DNA from: Dictyostelium discoideum
Taxonomy: Eukaryota
Direction: 5' to 3'
Assembly: GCA_000004695.1 (NCBI GenBank)
Contig: CM000154.2
Span: 3,200,001 to 3,264,000, forward strand
Length of the DNA: 64,000 bases
Shown here: positions 25,323 through 46,113 of the stretch, in pieces
How the letters are laid out: every line of letters starts with the position of its first letter
Numbering within the stretch: the first letter of the stretch is position 1
Notes under the pieces: generated by a model
The model's input: the letters and a program-made list of their open reading frames with translations, nothing else
What the model was told of the DNA's origin: nothing
Databases searched by the model: none
Position numbers and translations under genes: made by a program

Positions 25323-27134
25323 ATGAAAAATTGTTTTTTCATTTTTTTAAAAATAATATTTGTTACAGTGATAATATCAAAATATAGTATTGGTGAAATA
25401 GTTAATACAAAATGTTATAAATGTTTAAATGAATTTAATGTATGTCAAACCATAGAAAATGATATACTGATCAAATTGAATGAAACTTTAATATGTAATG
25501 ATCAACTTGGTTGTGTATCAGATTATTCAATGCCATCAATGCATCCAGATAGAACATCAAGTTGTAATTCAAATCAAGGAAAATATGGTGATCAATGTGA
25601 AGTTGGAAATGAAGGATTTTGTGGTTATCAAATGACATGTGATTATCCATTCAATATAAGTTTAGCACCAACATGTGTTGGTTTTAAAACTTTACAACCT
25701 GGAGAGAATTGTATATGTAATTCAGAATGTAATAGTTTAATTTGTGATGAAAATAAATTAGTATGTATAGAAAATCAATACTCTTGTAATGTAAATTCAT
25801 ATTGGAATGGCACAACTTGTGAAAATATTTCAAATTTAGGTGATAGTTGTTCAAGTGATTCACAATGTTCAATTTTTAATACTTGCGAAAATGGAATTTG
25901 TATTGAAAAATACTCTTTAAATGAAAATTCTCTTTGTATTTCAGATTCTGCTTGTAATATTTCAAATTCATTAATTGTATGTATTAATTTATAATTTTAT
26001 AAAATTAAAAATAAAAAAAAAAAAAAAAAAACCTAATATTTTATTTTATTTTATTTTATTTTTTAATAGTGTATTGAAAGAAAATGTCAAGTTTTTAAGA
26101 AATCAAATACAACTAATTGTAAAATTGATGGATGTTTAAAAGATTATGAATATTGTAATTGTGATAGTGGATTATGTGAACAATCAAAAATATTTAATGA
26201 TGAATGTAAATATATACAATATCAATTAGATGCATGTGTTTATGGAAGATGTGTTTACACTGGAGGTTATGTTTCAAGTAATTCTTGTGTTATGAAAAAT
26301 TGTGGAAGTTTAGTTTGTCAACATCATACTAAATGTACAAATGGTCCATGTGGTAATAACAATTCTTCATTTTGTATTTCAAATACATATATACCAAATA
26401 ATATTACCTTACCCAATAGTCCAACAAATAATAGTGAAAATAGTTCTTCAAATTCAACACATAGTAGTGAATCAATAGGTAGTAGTGGTAGTAACAGTAG
26501 TAATAGTAACAGTAGTAATAGTAGCAGTAGTAGTAATAGTAATAGTAGCAGTAGTAGTAATAGTATTAGTAATAGTAGCAGTAATAGTAATAGTAATAGT
26601 AGCAGTAATAGTATTAGTAATAGTAGCAGCAGTAGTAGTAGTTCTTCAGATAGTAATGAAACTGCAGATGACAGTAGTTATTTAAATTCATCAAATGGTG
26701 GCGAGTCAATAGGCGAGGGTAGTACCCCATCTTCTAATTCAACAAATAGTAACGAGTCAATAGGTGATAGTGATAGTTTTTCAAATTCAAAAAATAGTGA
26801 ACCAATTGATGATGGCAGTAACAACTCAGTAAATAGTGATAGTTCTTCAAATTCAGCCATGGATAGAAGTAGTAGTAGTGGTAGTAACTCTTCTAATTCT
26901 ACTTTGGGATCAAAAGAAAATAGTTCTTTAAATTCTACAGACAGTGAGCCAAATGTAACTGCTCCCCCAAACACTGCAAACAATAATGGAACAAAAAATC
27001 ATTCTTTAAATGCAACAACTAGTAATGGATATTATCATAGTGATGAACTTTATATTCCTTCAAATTCAACAAATTCATCTCATTATTCATTTTCATTACT
27101 TTTATTTTTATTATCACTTTTAATTTTAAATTAA
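25323..27134 (+). CDS. Paralog of 23411..24681 with an added ~150-aa Ser/Asn-rich mucin-like stalk before the GPI-like tail. Exons 25323..25976 and 26070..27134.
   Basis: Same Cys framework (CYKCLNEFNVCQTIEND.., CVMKNCGSLVCQHHTKCTNGPCGNNNSSFCISNT), same intron position, (SNS)n repeats, C-terminus LLLFLLSLLILN. Confidence 0.6.
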
Positions 27135-27433
27135 AAAAAAAAAAAAAAACTATCATCATTAATTTAATTTATCAATCAAGATGATAAAAAATTATATAAA
27201 TAGAAATGTAATCAAAACATAGATGTATTTTTAGTAATTTTAGAATTTTTACATATATATATTAGCTACATTAATAGGTTAAAAAAAGATTATTTCTTTC
27301 AAAATCCTTTTAAAAATCGCTCCTTTTAATAAAATTTTTTTTTTTTTTTTAAATAAATTGTAAATATACATATATTCAAATTATTAATTCTTTTTTTTTT
27401 TTTTTTTATACTATTTAAAATAATTTTATTTGA

Positions 27434-33509
<6,076 letters not shown>

Positions 33510-34216
33510 TATTATTTTTTTTTTTTTTTTGTGACTTTCGGTTTATTTTCTTATTATTAATATTATTCTATCTCTATTTATTTATTTTCATTTGTTTATC
33601 AAACAAGTTATTTGTATAATAAAAAAATAAAAAAAAAAATAAAAAAAAAAAATAAAAAAAAAAAATAAAAAAAAAATAAATTTTTTCCCAGAAATTTTAG
33701 TATTTTAAGAAATTGGCGCCAGTTATTTGGATAATAAAAAAAAAAATTAGTAAACAGATTTATATATAAACTTTTAGAAAAAATTGATTTCTATTTTTAT
33801 TTTTAATTAGTTTTTTTTTTTGTTTTTTTATTTAATACCATAAATTAATAGTTAACCCAAGATAGTAAATAATAAATATTATAAATATTTTTTAAAAATA
33901 TTATTTAAAAAAAAAAAAAAAAATTGTATCAATTGAAAATAAATAAAAATAAAAAGATATTTTAATCTTACAACATTTTTATTTATTTTTTGATATAAAA
34001 CAAGCCAATGAATGAAAAAAATAATACAAACTGTTGTAAGATTTTTTTTTTTTTAATTTTTTAAGTGATTTTATTTTTTTTTTTTTTTTTAATTTTTTAA
34101 GTGATTTTTTGTGTACCCAATACCAGAACTGAATTTTTTTTTTTTTTTTTTAAATCGCAAAATTTTGAAAATAATTTTTTTTTTTTTTTTTTTCAATTAC
34201 ATTAATTCCAAACATA

Positions 34217-36515
<2,299 letters not shown>

Positions 36516-37129
36516 AATTTAGAAAAACAATAATATTAGGTCAAATAAAACTATTCCAATAAAAAAAAATAATAAAAACAAAATTAAAACTTCACAACAA
36601 TTTTATAGAATTTTTTTATTTAGCCAATTTAGAACAATGATAAAACGCACAGATAATAAATAAGACAATTGTATACACCAAATTTGCCTATTTCAGAGAT
36701 CAATAAAGAAATAAGAAAAGAAATTAGATCAAATAATAAATATAGAATCAATATCCACGAGATATCTGAAAAAAAAAAAAAAAACTATTGACCCTCTTTA
36801 GAGATATAAAATAAAAAACATTGTATTCGTCTCACCATTTAAAACATTTAACTGATTATTTAAATAATAAATAAATAACAAATTAAAATAAAAATTAATA
36901 ATATCAATAACAAAAACCTGAAAAATCCTAGATCGTCATATTTAAATAGAAGGTAAATGCAAAAGAAAGAACTCTTGATGAATGGGAAACAATTATTTGA
37001 ATTTTCTGATTTTAAATTATAAAGAGTAGTTGATGATATTTTAACTAGTCCATTGTATTTTCAAAAAAAAATTTAAGAAATATTTAATCTTAAATCATTT
37101 TGTTTTTATTTTTTTTTTTTGCCAAAACA

Positions 37130-37445
37130 ATGATATTCAACCCCAATCATAACAAAATAAATAATATTGATAATAATAAACAGTTTACTTTACCTAAACA
37201 AAGAAATAATATTCTTTTGTTTAGATTGTAAATTAATACCATGTTGTATTCAATGTATATCAAGCAAAGGTGAACATCATGGTCATAAAACTGATTCATT
37301 AGAATCAACTTCAAATATTCTTCCATTAATGAATAATTTTAGATGGTGTGTTTCAAAAAGAAATTGAAAGAATAGAAATCAATCAAACAATATTAAAACA
37401 AATAAATGATAAATACAATAAAATTCAATAACAATTTGATAATGA
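37130..37445 (+). pseudogene. Degenerate fragment of B-box-FNIP family exon 1
   Basis: Retains [37 protein letters not shown] but has indels and stops on both sides. Lies about 250 bp from the formin 3' end. Confidence 0.5.
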
Positions 37446-37700
37446 TTCGTTAAATATTTTTCTTTTTTTTAATTTTTTATTTTCAGATGCCCAGAAAGGT
37501 TATGGTAATGTTTGCAATAATAAATAAAATTTAAAAGAAATAAATAAAAATATCAATAAAAATTACAAATTAATTAGTTCTGCGGGTTAATAAATGGATT
37601 TTTAATCTTTAAAATTTAAATATTTTTAGTATAAATTAAATTTTATTTTCATTTTTACATGTAGTATTTTTTAGTTTTTTTCTTTTTTTTTTTATATATA

Positions 37701-40700
37701 TTAAGCATCGAAATTAAAAGTATCTATTCTTGAATGCATTGTTTGTTTGCTTCTCATTACAATTGTTAAAGCTTTAGCGGCTACATTAATATCTTTTTTA
37801 TTTATATCTTCAGATTCAGTTGATTCGCATTGTTTTTCTTTTTCTTTTTCCTTTTCTTTATCTTTATCGGATGATTTTGAAGTTTTCTTTTCTCTTCTAC
37901 TACCAGATTTTGAAGGGGTAATATCCAATTCAATACCACTTGGAGTAGTGATGGTGATTGAAGAGGTATTAGAATTTTCAGATTGTTCAGAGATAGTGGT
38001 GATGGAACTAGAATCATCAGTATTTTCTTTTGTACCTTTTAGACGTCTTCTTTGTTTAAAAGCATCACCATCTCTAACTGATTGCATGATATCTTCAACC
38101 ATACCACCATCACCAACAGAAGTTGAACTTGAAGCCAATGGATTTTTATTATTTGTACTTGAGGCTATTTTACCATTCATTCTCTTTAATTGTTGAGCTT
38201 TCTTTGCTTTTGCTTCATCCCTTTTAATTGCACGTTCAGCAGCTTCTTTATCTCTTTGGAAATCTTTATAACATTTATCAAACATAACGATGAAACGATT
38301 GATTGTAACAAAGAATTCCTCAGAGGGTATTTTAGATTCTTCACCAAATAACACTGCCAACTCTTGGAAATTCTTTTCTGCTTCTTGAAATTGATCAAAT
38401 GCAATCTTAATTTCAATATTTGCATCCTTTATGAAATCATCCATAGTTGAGAAGAAATAAGACTCCTCTTTACTTCTCTTCATTTTACCAATACCATTAT
38501 TAACGGCGTCTAAATCCTTTTTAAGTAAATTTAAATCTGCACTAATTGTATTCATTGAGATTTTAACACATTCTTGAACACCTGATAAATCATCCATAAA
38601 TTTGAGAGAATCTGGGAATTTTTGCTCCAATTCACTAATAATGTAAACTAAAAGATTTGATTTATTATTTGCAGTTTTAGTATCGGCCAATTTAAGTAAT
38701 GCATCCAATTTGAAACCAAAACAATCACCTCTTGCGGTACCACCATTTAAAAAGTTACCAATGATTAAAACCACTTCCATAACCTTTAAAAAGTTTTTAC
38801 TATTTTTTATATCTTTAATTGTTTTTGTGAATAACTCTAAATCTGGTTTAATCTCTTTAAGTTTATCTGGGAATAAAATTTTCAAATAGAATGATTTAAC
38901 TCTTTCTGCTAAACTACTAACTGAATCCATTTCCAATAGAAAGTGTTCTGCTTTGGTTAACATTTTCAATTCACCATCTTTTTTAAGATAATCTTTAATC
39001 GCTTCCATATCTTCATCAGTTGGTAAATATTGTTCCAATGCTTTCAATGATTCCATCGTAAAGATATCTTCATCCAATGTGTATAATGCAGTTTTAATCT
39101 CTTCTAGTGGACATTTAAACTTTGAGAGATAGATTGCTAAATTTTGAGATTTCTTTGGATCAATAACTGATACTGTACCTGGTTTAGTTGATGATGTTGA
39201 TTTCTTATCTGATGCTTCCAATTTCTTTTGAGAATTTGCTTCTGGTGCAAAGAATAAATTTTCAATCTCACCAACATTTAACCAATCCGTCTTTATAGTA
39301 CCAAGATTTGTAAATATAGTTTCACCCAATTTCTTATTTGGAATTTTTGTCCATTGGAATTGTTTAACTTTTGTAGTTGGTTTTGATACTGTGAATTTTG
39401 GTGCATTTGCTGGTGGTTTATTTGAATTAAATAATCCAAATCCACCTCCACCTGGTGGTGGTGGTGGTCCGCCTTTACCTCCCATTGGTGGTGGTGGTGG
39501 TGGTCCACCTCCCATCATTGGAGGTGGTGGTGGTGGTGGTGGTCCTCCTCCTCCCATCATTGGAGGTGGTGGTGGTGGAGGTGGTCCTCCTCCCATCATT
39601 GGTGGAGGTGGTGGTGCTGGTGGTGCAGGTGGTGGTGTTGTTACAATTGGTTCTTCTTTAATAATTTGTGTTGGTTCTGGTGTTAATGTTGATTCTATAT
39701 TTTGTTGTTGTGGTTGTTGTTGTTGTGCTACTTCAACTTGTGATTTAAAATCATTTGATAAACTATCAGAAGATGAAGATGATAAATTTGATTTTGATTT
39801 TTCTTTTAATTGTGATGATGAAATTGGTGGTTTTGATGATTTTGGATTTAAAGGTGGTTTTGATGTTTGTTGTTGTTGTTTACGTGGTGATTCATGATGT
39901 GGTGAAGATTCTTCAGGTGTATTAATAACATTTATATGATCATCACCATCACCACCAGGTGGTGAAAAGAAATTTGAATCAATTCTTTTCATTTGACCAC
40001 GTAATTTAATAATTTCTTGATCTTTTTGTTTTACAGTATTAAACATATTACTTTTGAGTACAGATGATTCATGACTTCTAGAGGAGAGTTCTTGATTTGC
40101 AATGTTTAAATCAAAGTTTGCTTTTTTCAATTGATCTTTAACCTTTGCCAATTCTTCTATATTCTTTTGAAATTCAGATTGAAGTGCAACAGAGGGTGCA
40201 GTACTTGCCAAAAGATCCTCTAAACTAACTTTACCATCGTCATCACCAATCATTGGTTTATTGACAGAGATTTGTAATACCAACTTTTCAATGAGGAACC
40301 AACTTAACATACCCACTTCAGTATCGGAAGATATTGATAACAATGATTGGAGTATTGCCAATAGTGGATGATGTAATCTGTCTTTGGCCTGTTTATAGAT
40401 TTCATTAAAGATCACTTGAGGATCATTGATATCAATATCTAAATCCTCGAAACGTTCCGATAACTCCTCTTGATCAGCACGTTGTTCATCTTCATAAACA
40501 TCTATTTGTGTGAGTAAATCGGGAGCCTCTTCATAGGGAATATTTTTATTTACACTAATTACCTCATCCAATCCCAATCTTGTAAACTCAGTTCTCAATT
40601 GAATACGTTCATCGATTTCCTCTGATGAATTTACAATACCATTGACCAAAGTTAAACAAGTTGTTAAATACTCCTTATCTGATGAATTCATTACTTTCTT

Positions 40701-41478
40701 CATTGATTCCACTAAAAATGTAAATCTAAAACGTTCCTTACGAACTTGTTTAAAGTGTGTCATTGCCTCTAGAATCAATTGATAACCTTTCTCTGAGATC
40801 ATACATATCGCTGTCAATATTTCAAATACACTCGATCTTGTATCCGCTTTTGGTGTATCCATTGATGTGATTAACCTAATCATTGAATTGGGTGTTGCTA
40901 TCGCTTTCTCTATACCATACTTTGAGTTTAACAATGATAATAAACATGTTACCGCTAACGATTGTAATATAACATCACTATCCTTTTGACCATTCCTTTC
41001 AATGAATGCTAATACATTCAATAATGCCTCTATACCATTACAATCTATCAATGACTTTGACCATGCTGATGGTTTACTCTGTAATGATGAACATAATTGT
41101 GCCAAAATTTCAATATTTGGTAATAAATTAATTGTATTTACAAAAAATTCTGGTGTATCAACTGCTTTACCTTTCTAAAAAAAAAAAAATAAAAAAAAAT
41201 AAAAAAAAATAAAAAAATAAAAATTTTATATTAATAAAATAATAATATTAGTAATTATAAAATAAAAAAAAAAAAAAAAAAAAACATACATCATCAAATT
41301 TATCAGCTGATTTTGAATTTGTTGAATTATTTCCATCTGGTTGAAGACTTGAATATGCCATAGAATAACGTTTATTTGCTTTGGCTGGTAATGAAGATAA
41401 AAAATCATTCTCTGACTCTGTTGATCCTTTTTCGTCTGAATCTTTATCTTTTTTCTTTCTACCAAAAATTCTATTCAT
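37701..41478 (-). CDS. Formin (GBD/FH3 - coiled coil - FH1 poly-proline - FH2). Exons about 41290..41478 and 37701..41174.
   Basis: FH1 is runs of GGGPPPPPPPPMMGGG. The FH2 core is VVLIIGNFLNGGTARGDCFGFKLDALLKLADTK. N-terminal armadillo-like GBD/FH3. The upstream exon MNRIFGRKKKDKDSDE...KFDD has a GTATGT donor and ttttttag acceptor, and joins in frame to KGKAVDTPEFF.... Confidence 0.8.
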
Positions 41479-41486
41479 TTTTTAGG

Positions 41487-41519
<33 letters not shown>

Positions 41520-42224
41520 ATATTTACAATATATATATTTATACAATTGTTTTTATTTTACTAATCTATTTTTATGTGATTATTTTTTATTTTGTGTGTT
41601 TTTTTTTTTTTTTTTTTTGTATGTTGACTAAATTTTATTTGTGTTTTTACTAATGATTAAAAAAATATTAATAATCAAAATGCGTTGTTGATAAATTATA
41701 ATAATAATTAAAATAAAATAATAAAAGTACAAAAATAATGAAAAAAAAAAAAATGAAAATTGTTATTTATATTTATCTCCTCGCGGTTATGTTTTTTTTT
41801 GATAAAAAAAAAAAAAAAAAAAAAAAAATATTTAAAAAATTGTTTTTTTTTTTTTTATAAAAAAAACAATTTATTTTTAAAAAAATTTATTTTATTTTAA
41901 AAAAAAAAAAAAAAAAAAACCCACTATCTATATCTAGATTTATATAATCTGTATTTTTTTTATTATTATTTTACTTTGATTCAATATCTAAAGTAAATAA
42001 ATGTTAAAAAAAAAAAAAAATGATTTATGATGGACTAAAAAAAAAAAAAAAAAATTAAAAAAAAAAAAAAAAAAAACTATTTTTGGTGAAATAAAAAAAT
42101 GGCAATTAAAAAATAAAAAAATAACAATATTATGAAATGATGGAATAATTACTAAATATTTTATGATTAAATTATGATTGTTTGGCGATATGAGTATTTA
42201 GGATAAAAAGTTTTTTTTTTATTT

Positions 42225-42258
<34 letters not shown>

Positions 42259-43054
42259 CTTATGGTTTTATTTTTTATTATTTTCTAATTCTTTTTCAAA
42301 ATATTATATTATATTTCATTAATGGTTATATGAATATTTAGTGAGGGTACATCTATTTTTTTTTTTTTTTTTATTTATTTTTAACCTTTTTTTTTTTTTT
42401 TTTTTTTTTTTTGTTTGAAATAGAATTTATTTATATATAAATAATCAAATAAATTGGTATTATATGTGCGAGTGGTTGTATAAAAATGTAATTGGAATTG
42501 TGTGTGTGTGTGAGTGTGGTGAATATGTGTGCATGTGAGTTTCTGAATTTCTTTTATTTTTAACTTTTTTTTTTTTTTTTTTTTTTTTTATTCCATTTAT
42601 TTTTTTTTTATTTTAAAATTATTTAATTATCTTTTTTTTTTATCTTTGATGATTGCATCATGTAAATATGCTATATGTACATGAAATATTACTCGAAATT
42701 TCAAAGTAAAAAAACCTAATTTCAATTTTTCCCAAATTTTATATTGCCATTTTTATTAATTTTTAAAAATAGATAATATGTTATGAATAATTTTCTTACA
42801 TTATTTGCGCAATGTCACATCACTGTATTAATTTTAATTTTACAAAGATAAAAATAAAAAAAATTATAAAAAAAAAAAATAAAAAAAATAAAATTTGGAT
42901 AAAAAGTTGGATAAAAAAAAAAAAAAATAAAATAAAATAAATAAAAAAAAAAAAAAAAAAATTTTATTTCAAATAATTGCTTTGTTTTAAAATTAATTGA
43001 AAAACTTTTTAATTAAAAAAAATACTTTTTTTTTAGTTTTTTGTTTTGTTTTTT

Positions 43055-43091
<37 letters not shown>

Positions 43092-43092
43092 A

Positions 43093-43389
43093 TCAAAACG
43101 TTAATGAGAATGGAAATGGTTCATTGTCTATTGAATATGGTCGATTTAAATAATTGTTTAAACGATTTAATTCATTGATGATAGATTGTTTAAAAACAGC
43201 ACTTGAAAAAAATAATGTTTGTCCAGGTCTTTCTGAAAGTTGGAAAAATAATATATCGTTTGCTCCTATTGAATTCCGGTTAAATTTCCTTTCTGTAATT
43301 TTAGTTTTAAAACCAACACCAAAATCAACTTCTTGTAATGTTGAGAATTTTAAAGAATGTTCTATTCTTTCCAAAATAATTCTAAACAT
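43093..43389 (-). CDS. Hypothetical small ORF (98 aa) in a locally GC-richer island
   Basis: ORF only; the composition is less AT-biased than the flanks. An overlapping plus-strand ORF (43154..43405) makes the strand ambiguous. Confidence 0.2.
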   Translation of the reverse strand: MFRIILERIEHSLKFSTLQEVDFGVGFKTKITERKFNRNSIGANDILFFQLSERPGQTLFFSSAVFKQSIINELNRLNNYLNRPYSIDNEPFPFSLTF

Positions 43390-43483
43390 TTTTAATTATT
43401 TTTAATTTATTTTTTATTTTTTTATTTTTTTATTTTTGATTGTCTATTTTTATATTTTAATTAAATTAATTTGTTTTAAATTA

Positions 43484-43536
<53 letters not shown>

Positions 43537-44102
43537 CATTAATTAATTTCAAAAAAAAAAATATCTAAAAGTTGCCAAATAATCATTATGGCTACACTTC
43601 CCCAAAAAGCCAAAAAAAAAAAAAAAAAAAAAAAAATGTAACATCATCATTTTTGCAAACATAATCATTACGATAAATTTAATTTCAAAATTTCACACTT
43701 TTAAAAACAAAAATAAAAATAAAAATAAATAAAAAATAAAATAAAATCTGACACCAACAAAAAAAAAAAAAAATAAATTTTTTATTTCATTTTATTTTTG
43801 ATTTGGTTCAATCAAAAAATATAAATAATTGAATTCATTATGATATAATTTTATTTATTTCTAATATGATTTTAGTAATAGAGTACTCAAAAACACACTA
43901 AATGACATAAAATATTAAAAAAATATATATATATATTTTTAGATTTGTTTTAATAAATAAAAATAAAAATTAAAAAATAAAAATAATAAAAAAAATAATA
44001 AAATAAAAGGTATTGATACAACATTTGGCATTTTTTTTTTTATTTTTAGAAAGTGTTGTTTTTTTTTGGTTTTTTTTTTTTTTTTTTTTGAAAGGTGGGG
44101 TT

Positions 44103-44140
<38 letters not shown>

Positions 44141-45693
44141 TTATAACCAGGTTTTGTATAAGTGAAGGTAATAGTAGGAGTTGCTTTAATTTGTATCGAA
44201 TCAGACTCGCAAACTATATTTGAGCCATATTTATTCGATCTAAAACCGATAGAGGCATTTGGGGTAACTCCTTGATTAGAGTTTTTGCTTAAAATAAGAT
44301 TTTTTAAATTATCTGTTTGAAAAAAAAAAAAAAAAAAAAGAAAGTTATTATTTAAGTTATTTCTTATTACAGTTAAAAATATTTTTTATAAAGCACATCT
44401 TTTTAGAACATATTTACCAACAATCATTTTTACTAAATTACAACATATCAATTAAAAAAAAAAAAAAAAAAAAAAAGAAATAAAACAAAAGTAAACAGTA
44501 AAAAAAATAAAAAAAAATAAAAAAAATAATAATTAAAAAAAAATAAATAAAATAAAAATAATAAAAATAATAAATAAAAATATATTCAATTATTATAATT
44601 TTGCGTTTAATCTCATTTAATTGAGATTTACAAGCACACTATGGTGGGAGTGTGGTAATAGCAATTATTTTCCCGTGGTATCTAAGCTATTCTAAATTGG
44701 TATAATAATAATAACACACATTGTTTTTATGTTAAAAAAAAAAAAGAAAAAAAAAACAATATTCTTTGTAGGTCTTAAATATCTAAGATAAATCAACTTG
44801 ATCAAGTAAAAATAAAAATAAAAATAAAAATATTAAATATATGAATAATAAAAATTTGTTAGGTTATTCAGATATATAATTAGTGTTTTAAAATTTTTTT
44901 TATTTTGAGTCTTGGATTTATATTTATTTTATTTCAGAGAATCTAATAAAAATAACATTGAAATCTTGTATTTACAATTTGAAGTTTAATCTCCTTAATT
45001 TGGTGATTTGATTTTGGAAATCAATAAGATCTTGGGAATTGTTAAGATCTTTTGATAGAATAATTATTAAGTTTTTTTCTTGATATATTCAGTATGACTG
45101 GATTATTACATTGAAGAGTGAAAAATTTCATCTTTAGAAGGGTTATCGCTTGACAATTTTTTATATTTTTTTTTTTCCTTATAATATTGATAAAACAAAG
45201 CTTATCCATTAGAGACAATAATAATTTTAAAAATAATGCAATTATTATTATTTTTAATTTCAAATAACCAATTTTTTTTTTCTTAATATTGATTATTCAA
45301 TGATTATGTTTTAAAAGAGAAAAACAGTTAATAGGTTAATTTTCATTGGTTTTAATTTTAATACAGATTTAATTATAAAATAACAGCTGGTTTTTTAAAA
45401 CTCAACAAAATTTTATTTAACTATTCATTTATATAATTTTTTTAAAAAACAGCAATAATAGTAAAAACATCTTCTTTTTAAATCAAAATTCTGTTTTAGA
45501 TAATTTAAACTAAAATAAACTGGTCAAATGAGCTGATTCTGTAAGATAATACTTTGCAAGTTTATTTCTTTAATTAAAACATTTGTTGGAAAGTCAAGCT
45601 GATAATCATAAGGTTCTTTTCCAAGGGTACAAAATGGTAGAATTATATGTAGTCTTTGTAAAGAAAAGATTGTAATTGTTTGGATATTTTAGT

Positions 45694-45706
45694 GAGAATC
45701 GAACCC
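45694..45706 (-). promoter_or_regulatory. External B box about 27 bp downstream of tRNA-Glu
   Basis: Minus-strand GGGTTCGATTCTC is a perfect B-box consensus match outside the tRNA. Confidence 0.5.
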
Positions 45707-45732
45707 TTGCTCTAATTTTTTTGATAAAAAAG

Positions 45733-45804
45733 CTCCCCATTCGGGAATCGAACCCGAGGTACCAGTGTGAAAGACTAGAGTGTTACCGACTACACCAATG
45801 AGGA
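45733..45804 (-). tRNA. tRNA-Glu (anticodon UUC)
   Basis: Reverse complement TCCTCATTGGTGTAGTCGGTAACACTCTAGTCTTTCACACTGGTACCTCGGGTTCGATTCCCGAATGGGGAG. Anticodon stem CTAGT/ACTGG with loop CTTTCAC, T-loop GGTTCGATTCC, acceptor TCCTCAT/ATGGGGA. Confidence 0.85.
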
Positions 45805-46113
45805 ATTAGATGAAATTTTTAAAAAATTAATTAAAATTTGTTCGCGTAAAAATTTAGTTTCAAAAATTATTAAAATACTTGGATTTATTTTTTTCTCAAA
45901 ATAGTTAAATATTACATAGTTTTTGCAATTTCATATTTAATTTTAATATTAATTATTTATTATTCTTATTCCTATTTATTCCTATTATAAACATTATATT
46001 TTTTTTCAAAAAAAAAAAAAAAAACCGAAGGTCACATTTTTTATTTTTTTTATTTTTTTATTTTTATTTTAAAATTAATTTACTTTCTTTCTCTGTCAAC
46101 AAATTAACTAAAA

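Noticed and set aside
41226-41564. Three small ORFs around 41226..41564
   Set aside because: 41248..41478 is the genuine first exon of the formin only up to its GTATGT donor. The other ORFs are the other frames or the antisense of the same AT-rich segment.
42440-42560. GT-rich island (tgtgtgtgtgtgagtgtggtgaatatgtgtgcatgtgag) in a 4-kb AT desert
   Set aside because: A simple imperfect (GT)n microsatellite with no ORF, RNA fold or flanking motif; not pursued.
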